A stretch of DNA of 64,000 bases from Macrostomum hystrix (lineage: Eukaryota > Animalia > Platyhelminthes), in the NCBI GenBank assembly GCA_950097015.1, contig CATNEN010000013.1:434001-498000 (forward strand), written 5' to 3'. Each line of letters opens with the position of its first letter. The first letter of the stretch is position 1. Below are positions 10,778 through 22,969 of this stretch, one piece after another. The notes under the pieces were generated by a model. The model was not told where the DNA came from and ran no database searches. It saw only the letters and a program-made list of their open reading frames with translations. A program made the position numbers and the translations under genes.

Positions 10778-13770
10778 CACTGCTTGCTGAAGAGGAAATG
10801 AAAAACCGTAATCATTTTCTAATCTAACACAGAGCTTTCCTTCAACAAATTGTATGAAAAAACACCCAAAAATTTGGTGTGCCTTAATATTTTCATCTTA
10901 CATTCTGACATTTCCATTCCACAATCCAAATAATCTGAGCAGCAGTAAATAAAAAAATGGGATTAGAGACTTTGAATGTATTTGCCATCAATTGAGTTTT
11001 ACAAGGTCTGTAATTGTAGCTCATGAAATGCTCTTTCTTCTCCTTCCAACACTTTTAAAGGTTTAAATAGAAAAAAAGGATTTTACAAAAATGTTAAACA
11101 ATTTACAATTTATTTGACAATATATAATTAGTCATATTTATTGTTGTACAGACCTAAGTTATAATTGACAGACAACTGAAAAGGTTAAATTATCAAGTTA
11201 GCCAATTAGTTGAGCTAATTTAAAAAAGTCTCTAAAGGTCAAACAAATGATTTCAAAAAGGTTTCCCATTTAACATTGGTTTTATACCCATTCACAATGA
11301 ATTTTCTGGTTTCTTATAATCATGCAATGCTTCTTGTAAAAAAAGAAATCATGCACAATTCTTTTAAAGTATTGATTTGGTAAATACAACAATTAAAGGC
11401 AATTGTCAGTGCCAAGTAGCTATTATAATTTCAAAAACTATGAGTATATATAGTCTACTATTCTTGACTCCATGGGCTAAGCAAAAAATGCTACACCTAG
11501 TAAAAATCCTGAGCTATAGCTAAAACTATTTCTGTGCTACTTTTTGTATCATACACATTTCTTATAATATGGAACATAGATGTGCTAGGGAAGAAGACAA
11601 ATTCACAAATGATAGCTAGTTATCATAAATGCACAAATATAATTAATTTACATTATCTTCCATCTTTTGTATACATTTCTACCCAAAACTTTTGCTTTGT
11701 GTATTGATAACAGACAAGTTTCTCAATAATTTATTATTTTTAAGTTAATTGTTATGTATAGGGCCTATCATATAAAAATATCTTACAGGTAGGCCAACCA
11801 AAAAATACTAGCTATATTACACCCACCCTTACCCACCCTAGGAGCTTAGGAGCCATACCGAAAAAAAACTAAAAAAACACTGTCTGCAGGTAGGCCTAGG
11901 CCTACCAAAATACAAAGTACTAAAATGCCTTGATACAAAAATGCATGGCACCCTTTCTAATGAAATGAACAGACACAGGTAAGATAATGACTGACAGGTT
12001 GTCTGGTGCCCCTTGGCCTTGATTCATGGTTGCATTCTACAATTAGCCTAGCAGGCTAGGATTTAAAGTAAAAAATGCACCAACAACATATTCATCACAA
12101 AGCAAAGGGTTATGAAATAGAGTATAATAACAAAAAATACATTTTAGACATCTTAAGGTACGAAGTAAAAAAATTTAATCCACTTTCTTTGAAAATTAGT
12201 CTTTTAAATTGGCTATTATCTTTGACCAGCTAGAACTAGAACCTAAAGAACACACAAGAAAACCCTAACAATGAGACTACAGCTACCACTAAGCTTATTG
12301 CACTGTTAGTTTCAGAGAAGGGCTAAAGGCGGTTAGACACTAAAAAATTACTTAAAAAGTTACATCTGAAAACCTGTTAAATACGCAACAGCGAATGTTA
12401 CGAAATGACATGTCAAAAATAACGCTCCATCCTCCATGGAATAACATCAGTGAATGACATCATGTTACACATCCAACATTTTTTGACTGGATGATTGCAC
12501 AGGATGTTTTATGATGAGTGAAACTTATTAATCTTTATAATAGACCAATAGAACTTTATTAGCGAAAACATAACGCAACCCGGCTCGTTGATTATGGCAT
12601 AGGCCAAAGTAAAATAATTAGAAACTTTACGTCGACTGTTATTCGTTGAAATAAAAGGTTTGAAAAGCGCAACGTTAGGAATACACAGAAAAGCAAATCC
12701 TATTAACTTATAGAAACTCATTTGCCTCTAGTTTCTTAAAAAAGTATCTCAATAAAATATTAAAGATTTCAACAATAAAAAAAAGAACTGTACAAAAATT
12801 TGTGTGCCCTAGTCTTGTATCTTTCTACTATTTTAATTTACCCGTTCTTCCCAGTTAAATTATCATACTTTTTGCAATAAACTGTCAATATCTGATCTAT
12901 CGACGTACGCAGAACCAATATAGTAATTAGTCATGCTTAAATTGTAGGAAGAGGGATTTTTCGATTTTTCAGGGAAGAAATATCCCGCGCATTATTGTGT
13001 TTGTTTCTTTGTGTCTTCTTATTTTCACGTCGTTACGTCAGTAGCTATAGACATATAGTGACTACGCGGTCTTGGCTTTAACCTAGTCCAGTCTCTCGAT
13101 ACCTATTGCCAAATGTCAATGAGCGAATTTATTAAAAACTGTAAAATATTATGCTGTTTCTTTTCAAATTTGTCCTGATATAAGTCGTATGAATCATTGC
13201 TTATTTTTTCTTTGTATAGTATTTTTTTCTTATCGCTTTAGATATTTATTGAACATTATTAGTTGTTATGAACCTAAGTCCTTCAATATAGTTAATTGCA
13301 GTTATTGAATATTTTTTACTTTTTACAATGTCATAAAGTTATGGTAAAGGCCGCCATACATAATACTTTGATAAGACACATCAATGGTTTTCATATAAAG
13401 GCCTGCTATCTTTTTGATATAGGAACAACCCTTTATCATATCCAATAGCAATATTATACATAATTATGATTAGTCTAACTATCAATACACAATAGCTTAG
13501 TCAGTTAGTTCTATTATGAAGTTTTCTATTCTATATGATTGAATGAGTCATGGTCTATTTACCTTCAAACAAAAAAATAATTTTAGATTCAAAAATGTTT
13601 CATAGTTATTTATTATTACTTACTCAATTTGCCATAATATAAGGCTATAAGCAGAAAAATCTGTATGTGTCAAAGATGTTTACGTTTTTTATTCAATTTT
13701 ATCAGAATTAATTATTGGCCTACTTAGTATTTTTTGCCTGACCTGTATAATTCTGCTAATTTTCAGTGAG

Positions 13771-14368
13771 ATGGGCATGTGTCCAATACTACAGGCAGTT
13801 GCTGTCTGCTTTGCCCTGTCATCAGTGATCAGCCCATGTCTGGCTATCAAATGCTACTTATGCAACTCGACCATCCAGTCTGACTGCCTCGAGGAGTTTA
13901 ATTATCAGAGCAGATCAGTTGCTCCAATGAACTGCGATGTGGCAGATGGCAAGTTTTGCATCAAGACAACTGGAGTTTGGGGCGGTGAGTGAGCTCTGTT
14001 TCTATAAATTATCCTCTCGAAATGAACTAAATGCAGGGCAGGTTTGTAGTTGATAGGAAATCATAAAAGTGCAGCCAGTGTCCCACATTCGTGTGTGGAG
14101 TGCAAATCCACAATGCAATGTTTCCTTTGCAGCCGTGGTCGGAACCACCAGATTCTGCTCCAGCATGGACATGGGCAATCAGTGCCAGTACCTGCCGTTT
14201 CCTGACCACAATCGCATCTACCGAGCCTGCGTGTACACCTGCGACTCCGACGCGTGCAATGCCGCCGCTCCGCTCGGCGCTGTCAGCAGCGTCCATCGGC
14301 TGCTGACGTCGCTGATGCTGACGGTGGTGCCTGCACTGCTCACTGGCAGCTTCCTGCATCTCGTTTGA
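13771..14368 (+). CDS. GPI-anchored Ly6/uPAR three-finger protein (quiver/sleepless-like), copy 1; exons 13771-13984, 14133-14368; 149 aa
   Basis: Signal peptide, IKCYLCNS start, 10 Cys ending in CN (TCDSDACN), hydrophobic GPI-signal tail; phase-1 GT-AG intron. Confidence 0.88.
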
Positions 14369-15134
14369 CTGGTCAGCTGATCGCTGCCTTTATTTGTTAA
14401 AAGTGTTTTCCGTGTTGTTTATTCACAGTTATGAGTGTCTGTGCATCATTGTAGCACAGTGCCACATAAATTTGAATGAAGCTTTAATAGCCGCAGTTTA
14501 AAGTACATTGTTAATTGCCAGGGGTCTCAATAACTCGAACTGATTTAAACCATTTATTTGTGATAGTAGGTGCTGCTGTTGGTTGCTAAGGCCTTAACAT
14601 GTTACGTGTGCGTTCTTAAGTTCGATTCTGTGCTGCGGTAGGTCTGTCACTTTTAAATGAATTAATTTCCATTTAAAATCGCTAGTTTAATATTGAATCC
14701 GTCATTTAAAACATGCTTTAAAGCTTATTTGGCCTTGCATCGTTGACCTCCTCTTTGTATTTTTTATTTAAATTTTAATATTGTCCAAATTAATTTCACC
14801 TCTAATACATTCCCTTTGCATACTTACCAATGTGATTTAACTGGTTGCTTTTGGATCCAGTTTCTACTTGATGCTGATTGCTGCTTTACCTGACTGCCGC
14901 TCTATATTCTTCTGCTTTGCTTCGTGAAGTGAGTCGGTCCGTTTTTTTATTGCTTACTCATCAACTGTGTACAGAATTTGTCGCTATTCATTGTTAATTA
15001 AAAAATTTTCGGGTGCAACTACGGTAGTAGTGTATGTTCTTATCAAACTTAAAATACCAATAGTAAATGTTAAACCCAATAAATGAGCACACAGAATGTG
15101 CGGACATTAGAGCCGAAAACATTCCACGATTTTT

Positions 15135-15548
15135 TCAATAAGAAAATGAATGCTCAAAGTCTGGGTTTCCATTCTTAGCTGAATTTAATTTTACCAAAAT
15201 ATTCTTGGTACGTTCCAATATTGGCGGGTAAGCCTCCTCGTCAGTTCTCAGTAAAATAGGCTCAAGATTTTCACGAGTGAGACGAGGCATGGCTAGCTCC
15301 ATATCTGGCAGGGCATTCCAGCACAGGCGATTGTGGACACTGTCCGCAAAGTGCTTACTGCAAACAATCAGACCTTTTCTACGAATCTCGTCGAGCTCCA
15401 TAAAGTTGAGCTCTAAAATCTGCTGCCAGCGTCTTGCGACATCATCCTTGCTTGGAAATTGGTGCATTCGAATCGGGACTCGATCCTCGGGTAGCGATGT
15501 CACAGAACTCGAGCAACCGGAAGCGGAGCATGTCCTAGCATTCAGCAT
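15135..15548 (-). CDS. THAP-domain protein (C2CH zinc finger), 137 aa; possibly transposase-derived
   Basis: C-x4-C (CSASGC), HQFP, conserved W, VCSKHF, and ALP (AVP-like) motif. Confidence 0.8.
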   Translation of the reverse strand: MLNARTCSASGCSSSVTSLPEDRVPIRMHQFPSKDDVARRWQQILELNFMELDEIRRKGLIVCSKHFADSVHNRLCWNALPDMELAMPRLTRENLEPILLRTDEEAYPPILERTKNILVKLNSAKNGNPDFEHSFSY

Positions 15549-15936
15549 ATTATAGCTATGGATTTAGCAATTAAAACACTGCTGCTGTTATTGATATTAA
15601 CCTTGAGAGCTCAGAGCTTTACTCTTATAAGCTCTAAGCGGGACATTTTGGTCTACATTCACCTTATTTGTACTTAGAATTCTGTCTGTGGTAATGAAAT
15701 CTTGTGACTTGTGAGCCTTGTTCAGGGCTCATGGTTCATCGATCATGGTTTTATTGATCCATGGTGTCATGTTGAAGTTTTTCAAACTACAATCAGCTAA
15801 ATTTGGCGAGTACAACTACTTTGTCTATGGCTCAGACTGCAATAAGTCCAATCAATTTCAAACACTCAAATCCAATTCGACAGGCTTTGCAGACATGCTC
15901 GTCTTACCTAATTTTGTTGCTTGGGTAAACAACTCG

Positions 15937-16019
15937 ACAAAAAGTCTATGGCCACTGACAAAAAGTCTATGGCCACTGACAAAAAGTCTATGGCCACTGA
16001 CAAAAAGTCTATGGCCATA
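15937..16019. repeat. 21-bp tandem repeat x4
   Basis: acaaaaagtctatggccactg repeated. Confidence 0.9.
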
Positions 16020-16197
16020 AAAGGCGGTTTTTCGTGACAAAATTATGTGTATATGCAGAATATATGTATGAAAAGTGTCTGAATTGATTGGACTTATCGC
16101 ATTCTGAGCCGTGGACAAAGTAGTTGCAACTCGCTTAATCTAGCCAACTGTCGGAATTGAATGCAAAATTTTTGAATTGAAGGCAAGTTGTAAATTA

Positions 16198-18176
16198 TAG
16201 AAAAGGTGCACTCGATATTGACATCGTTGCATCCAATTTTGACAGTCTGTGGCAGTGCTAGCTAAAATGTTCAACCTACTTTGACAAACTTTGGTTCACT
16301 TCTGACAATTTGCATCCAATATTGACAAACTTCAAGCTTTGTTGACACTTTGCAAGCAACTATGACATCGGGCAATCGATTCTGACACCGGGTTACAAAT
16401 CAATGCCTTTTTCTCGCTGTCTATGGGAACAAGTCTGCTCATATGCATCCGTCTTTGACACTGTGCATCAAAAATTGACACAACATTATTGATACAACAC
16501 AAGTAATATCTTTTCCACAAACTATTCCTTTTTGCCATAGACTACGTGTACCATATACGAGCTATGTGGCCTACATGTAACATGGATTTAGGCTTCCGAT
16601 GAATACGTAGTTGTTGTCCTATTAAACATTTTCTCGGTTAGCCCTGCCGTTTAGCCTTTTGTATGGCCGGGGCGCGTGTCAACGTCAAAGTCAGCGACGA
16701 CGACAGGAGGCGCTTAATTATTGCCCATGAAAATGGTGACGACTTCGCTCACCTTGCTCATGCTTTAGGTATCAAGAGAACCACTGCGTATGCTATTGTT
16801 AGCAGTGGACGAGTAGAAAAGTTACCAAAAGGTGGCCGTACATTCACACGAGTGGATCAGGACATGCTTTAGTTCATGGAGAATACAATCGAGACAAATC
16901 CCAGTGTTACTCTGGCTGAGATCAAAGCTGGACTGCACGCTCGATTTCCGGCGAAGCCTGAAGTGTCGCTTACAACCATTAGTCGTCATCTCGATGGGCT
17001 TCTCTACACGACAAGGCTAGTGAGGAACCTGCCCGTGGAGCGGAACTCACCAGAAAACCTCCAACAGCGTCGAGCCTACTCCGAGAGGTGGTGTTCTGCC
17101 GAGGTCGTGAACCGCCCAAAGGTCTATGTTGATGAGTTCGGATTTGATTGCTGGACGAGAAGATCATTTGGCAGAGCGCAGCAAGGTCAGAGAGCCTAAT
17201 CGACGTGTCGCTGGATCGAAGGGACCACGGCTGACTATTTGTTGTGCAATTTCTCTAGCCGTCGGAGTCATTCACTTCCAAAGTTACCCGACCGGCATGA
17301 CGAGGGAGCGGTTTGCCGAATTTCTGAACATCTTGGTGGGCAACATGCAGCAAGCTTTCAACGAGCCGGCCTATATAGTGTTTGACAATGTGAGCTGCCC
17401 CAACGGCGGTGAAGACCAAGAACTGCCTGGCGTCGTCGAGAAGAAGCGTTTGCCACCATACAGCCCATTTCTCACGCCTGTCGAGAACGCAATTTCTGCA
17501 TGGAAGGCTGCCATCAAGGCGGAGCTAGCCACCAACATGGATGCATTCCTGAATCCTGGCCAGCTTGAACTAGCGGGACGAACAAAGACAGCGTACCGAC
17601 GAGACATGCTCGAAAGATTTGCAAACGGTTGGTGTTGTTGCTCCTGCCATCTGCCAGGCCTGGTACAATCATTGCTTGGCGTACGTGCCTCGGTGCATTG
17701 GACTGATACCCATTGATGGTTGAAGTGACAGGCCACGATGCTTGGAGTTAACGTGAGGAGATAAAAGACTAGATGTAACAACACGTTAATTTACTGTGTA
17801 CATGTTTTGTTCCCGTTTGGAATTTGTTCGTACGTACTTGAGGAAAAGTTATTACTTGAAGTAATATTATGTGAATAATGTGTCAATTTTGGATGCACAG
17901 TGTCAAAGATGGATGCATATGAGCAGACAACTGTTCCCATAGACAGCGAGACAAAGGCATTGGTTTGTAACGATTGTCACAACCGGTGTCAGAATCGATT
18001 GCCCGATGTCATAGTTGCTTGCAAAGTGTCAACAAAGCTTGAAGTTTGTCAATATTGGATGCAAATTGTCAGAAGTGAACCAAAGTTTGTCGAAATAGGT
18101 TGAACATTCTAGCTAGCGCTGCCACAGACTGTCAAAATTGGATGCAACGATGTCAATATCGAGTGCACCTTTTCTA
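16198..18176 (+). mobile_element. IS630/Tc1/mariner-superfamily DNA transposon, about 1.98 kb, about 295-bp TIRs, TA target duplication
   Basis: Left end ta|tagaaaaggtgcactcg is the reverse complement of right end cgagtgcaccttttcta|ta; near-identical TIRs at about 16198-16490 and 17875-18176. Confidence 0.93.
16663..17723 (+). pseudogene. Decayed DDE transposase: N-terminal HTH, VYVDE..GF, FDN, LPPYSPFLTPVE
   Basis: In-frame TAG at 16870-16872; frameshifts near 17195 and 17628; reconstructed C-terminus ICQAWYNHCLAYVPRCIGLIPIDG*. Confidence 0.9.
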
Positions 18177-18473
18177 TAATAGAAAGTAAAAAAGCATATG
18201 AGCAGACTTGTAATTTCTGGTGGTTCCTCAGTTGAAATAACAAAGGTGTAGTTATTTTTATTTGCCTACTTTTTTCTGCAGTTGACTAAAAACCATTAGA
18301 TTGCATGAGTCTTCTATAAAATCTAGATTTGTCTGTGGCTCAAACGCTTCTTAAACGAGTGGTGCTTTACATGATAAGGGGGTGAATCGATTTTAATCAT
18401 TTGAATCAAAGAAAGAAATAGTAAGCTCGTGAATAAAAAAGATTGTATTAGTTAGGATTCGGAACCATCTATC

Positions 18474-20611
18474 ATGTCGGGAGATCCCAATTCCATCTCG
18501 CAGCGGCTGATGCAGCTCGAGCTGCAGCAGCCGCAGTCTTCAACAGAGGATGCAGTGCCAGAGGCTGAGACAACAGCAGGACTAGATGCCGGAGAGGGCA
18601 TTTTTCGCGCTGATGCAAACAAGGACTGCCAGAAGGCGCTCGAAGTAGACAGTGGCTCAGTTAAAAACATGTGCGACATGTGCGACGAGGATGTTAATGA
18701 CGAAGAAGTCATCGAGGGTGGTGAACCTGACGATCTCGACGAGTTGGCTGAGCTTCTGGTGAGCAACAGCCGGCGCGACCGCCTACTTGGCGCGCGTAAC
18801 CTCCGCAATCGGCTCACTGATAAGCACGAAGCACCTCTATACTCAAGGCTGCTGACGACGCCGGCATTTGACGCTCTTGTGACCAACCTGGCAAGTGACG
18901 CTGATGAAGAGCTGCAGTTCGAGTCAGCCTGGGCTCTCACGAACCTCCTGGCTGGAAGTGGAGCTACTCAAGCGGACCTGGTGATGACCAGCGGACTGGG
19001 CAGTCAGCTGATTCGCATGTTCCGATCGGCTAAGAGTGAGCGCCTTCGCGAGCAGGTAAACGTATTGATTGCGTACTTATTGCTAAAAAGGTTCTGTTTT
19101 TCTACATGTCTGCACAATCTCTTCATACTTAATCAGGCCTGTTGGGCTCTCGCAAACGTTGCTGGCGAGTCGCCCGCCTGGCGCGACAAGCTGCTGCAGG
19201 TGGAAGACGGCAGTGGCAGCAGTCTTCTTCAAGCGCTAGTTGAAATGTGGGACTCAGACCCTAGCAATGGTCTGCTGGATGCATCGTCTCTGCTGCTGGT
19301 GAGTCTGTTCCGCGACCAGCACCCGCGTCTCAAGTTTGAGCATGCTCAGCTATTGCTACCTAAAACACTGAGCCTTCTGCGGCATCCCTACGAGTCGATG
19401 GTGCCCAACCTGCTTTGGGCGCTGTCCTACGCAGTGGAGGGAAGCGAGCCGCGAACCCTTCTGCTTCTGCGTGACCCTGAGACTGTCGCTTTCCTGCTCG
19501 ACTTCTTAGAAAGTAAAGATGAATCCCTTTTGATGCCGACGCTTCGGCTGCTGTGCTGCGCTGCTGCCTGTCTGGAGGCTCTGCCAACTAGTCTCTATGC
19601 CATGTTCTCTGCTGTCCGGCAACTCATGGGTCACACGGACGCCAAACTGCGTCGCCAGGCTTTGCTGCTCCTCGGCTCTGCGGCCGGCGGACCTGACGCT
19701 CAGTTGGAAGCCGCTGTTCAGGCTGGCTGCTTGACCGCTCTAGGCCACATCCTGTCTGGTCGCTGCCCTCACGTCGAAGCTTCTGATGAGACTGAGGTCG
19801 GCGCTTGCGGTGGCGGGGCCAGCCCCATCAGCGACCTTGAAAAGCGCGACGCATTCTGGATTTTGCCGGACTTCATGCTGTCCAGAGCACATAAGTTTGT
19901 AAGTCCGTGGGTGGTGTTTGTGAGTTCGCAAATACTGTGCCAAATTGGTGTCAATTATAGCCCGCTAGGTGAATGAGGGAGTGTTGTTGTTGCTCTTAAG
20001 CAGGGTAAAACACAGGACTGGACCTTCTCCCAGCGTGTCAAAACTATGAGCATTTTTAAGTCCTGTATAACCAGATAACCAGTAAAACAGTTTCTTTACC
20101 TTTCGTATTAGTTCCGCAGCATCCACAATCTAAACTAATTTCACAGAGCAAGTGCATCATAGAAGAGTGCCTAGAAGGCCTTCTGGCGTCTCTGAATGTT
20201 CAGGAAGTCGAGGTGACTCGCTGCGCTCTCCTCTGCTTGCGTCACATTCTGTTTGCAGCTAAATATAAGGACCGACCTGATCTTGACTTTGAAACTTTGA
20301 AGCAGAGAATCGAGCAGTTTGATGGACTCAAGAAAATTGAAACGGTACAGAATATTGACGACAAGGAGGTTATTAAATTAAGTGACCAAATTCTCAACCA
20401 ATACTTCTGGGGCAACGAGAAAAAGTACCTGGAGTATAATGACCAATCGCAGGACGCTAGTCCATCGCCTGTTGCAGCTGCCGAAGGTGAGCCCTGCGAT
20501 GAAATGCTTGACGATGGAGACGCAGACGAAGAGGCGTGCGGCATGGTAAAGGATGAAGCCTTCAGCTCGCTCATTGGGGGCCTGCAAGTCTACGAAGATG
20601 GAACAATCTAA
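18474..20611 (+). CDS. Divergent importin-alpha-like ARM-repeat protein; exons 18474-19055, 19137-19898, 20147-20611; about 602 aa
   Basis: LQFESAWALTNL, REQ|ACWALANVAG, and C-terminal IEQFDGLKKIETVQ..VIKLSDQILNQYF (importin-alpha last ARM); phase-0 GT-AG introns. Confidence 0.85.
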
Positions 20612-22389
20612 GGTTGAATCAATATAACTTACAGCTCTATGGATTGACACAGCACTTTATAAACTGCATTTATTTTAAAGTAAGAACAAATTAATAATAG
20701 TACCTTTTACAGAAGTAAAGCCTATAAAATCCATACAAACTTAATATTTACTTTATATACAAATGTTATTCACGATAGGAACGAATGATTTCAGTACTTT
20801 TTGTAATTCAAACTCAAAATGTTAGTCTATAAAGTTTAGTGGCATTTTGTTGTTAAACACAAACAGGAAAGTAGTCTATTTAACAGCTTCCTTTTATTGG
20901 GTGACAATAAAAACAAAACTATAATCTCGTTTTTTTAATATTACAGCATGGATTATTCGCTACTGAATTCAATATACATATATTCTACCTTCCACATTTC
21001 ACCTTTGGATGGCGAATGTGAAAGTACAGACGAAATTAATAACGAAGGATACTATCACGTCATAGCATCAGAAAGCCAGTTTTTTCTGCAATACCGCCCA
21101 ATGAATTTCAAAGGCAAAAGTGTCATAATGCATTTCATGGAATTTTAATAGCCATTGTGAAACAGTGAATGGGAAAACTGAGCCAAGGTGTAGGACAAAA
21201 GTCAGCAAAACAAAAAATTATATGAGAAGCTTTCCATTTCTTCTTCCTTCCTTAAACGCCACTTAAGATTTTGAGATATTTTAGTATCCATCTGTCTTAA
21301 TAAGTTTATCTACGCTTACCTGCGCAGAAATGAGCGGAATATTAAATGGCACGAATTTAAATATTTACGTTTTCTCGTTCTTGCTTCCTGCTTGATTTCG
21401 CACTTTCGTGTTGTCTGGAAACGAACTGGTGTGACAATTTTCACCAGCTGATAATATATGCATGCATTTTACAAGTGTATTATGTGACAGTAATATGTAT
21501 CCTCGCAATTTTTTGTTCCTAGTTTTTTATAGTAAGCTATAACATATAAGAAATCTATTTGGATGTTCCTCTAATAAAAAGTTTTTAGGGCCCATTATAA
21601 GTTCTTATTTGCAGTTTCATAAGGTTAGATTTTACGAACTGTTATTGTTTTCTCCTTAAGCCATATGATATGATGCTGCTTCAAAGACTGTGTTTCTGTT
21701 CTAGCAGCTAGCTAGTTGTGGTCTGGATAATCAAAATGTTGTTAAAAAATCAATATATATATATATATATATAATGCTATAATATGTTTACATGCTAATG
21801 TGCTATATATATATATATATATATTATGCTATATTATGTTTACATGCTAATAAGCTATATATATATATATAATGCTATATATATATAATTGCCCATGCAG
21901 AGGTATCAATTAATTTAAAAGTTATTGCTATAAATGAAATTTGAGTGTAATACGAATTTAGCAAAACATGTTCATATAATACTTATGTCTGTGATATTGG
22001 CTCAAAGTATAGGTAGTTAATAGAAAAAAATTCAATCATTCAATCAATATGCCAGCAGTTTAAAGGTCAGCAATTGGCAGAAGCTCCGGCCAAGGCTCCA
22101 CCTGTATTAATATTAATAATATCATGTGTATGCAACAACAGGTGCTTATATATATTTTCATTAAAAAAAGAATTATATGAAGTGCACAAGAACAGTTTTA
22201 TGTTAAAAAAACATTATAAATATTATTTGTGGTTATTGTGATAGCACCAATAGAAATGAATTAGAAATTCAGTGGTATAAACAAACAAATTTTGCTAAAG
22301 AAGCGAAAGCTATGGCTACACTACAGCCATTTCTCAAGCCTCTGTCGTATATTTATGTAATAAATTAGTTACTCGTTCTTTTCAGTGAA

Positions 22390-22969
22390 ATGGGCATGTG
22401 TCCAATACTACAGGCAGTTGCTGTCTGTTTTGCCCTGTCATCAGTGATCAGCCCATGTCTGGCTATCAAATGCTACTTATGCAACTCGACCATCCAGTCT
22501 GACTGCCTCGAGGAGTTTAATTATCAGAGCAGATCAGTTGCTCCAATGAACTGCGATGTGGCAGATGGCAAGTTTTGCATCAAGACAACTGGAGTTTGGG
22601 GCGGTGAGTGAGCTCTGTTTCTATAAATTATCCTCTCGAAATGAACTAAATGCAGGGCAGGTTTGTAGTTGATAGGAAATCATAAAAGTGCAGCCAGTGT
22701 CCCACATTCGTGTGTGGAGTGCAAATCCACAATGCAATGTTTCCTTTGCAGCCGTGGTCGGAACCACCAGATTCTGCTCCAGCATGGACATGGGCAATCA
22801 GTGCCAGTACCTGCCGTTTCCTGACCACAATCGCATCTACCGAGCCTGCGTGTACACCTGCGACTCCGACGCGTGCAATGCCGCCGCTCCGCTCGACGCT
22901 GGCAGCAGCGTCCATCGGCTGCTGACGGTGGCGCCCGCACTGCTCGCTGGCAGTTTACTCCGCTTTTGA
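22390..22969 (+). CDS. Ly6/uPAR three-finger protein, copy 2; exons 22390-22603, 22752-22969; 143 aa
   Basis: Near-identical to 13771-14368 including the intron (offset 8619); diverges only in the GPI-signal tail. Confidence 0.88.

Noticed and set aside
16870-16872. Programmed readthrough or frameshifting in the transposase
   Set aside because: Three independent lesions are better explained by decay; no slippery site was seen.
20948-21148. 66-aa ORF after an acceptor-like site
   Set aside because: AT-rich composition unlike the genuine exons here; no motif.
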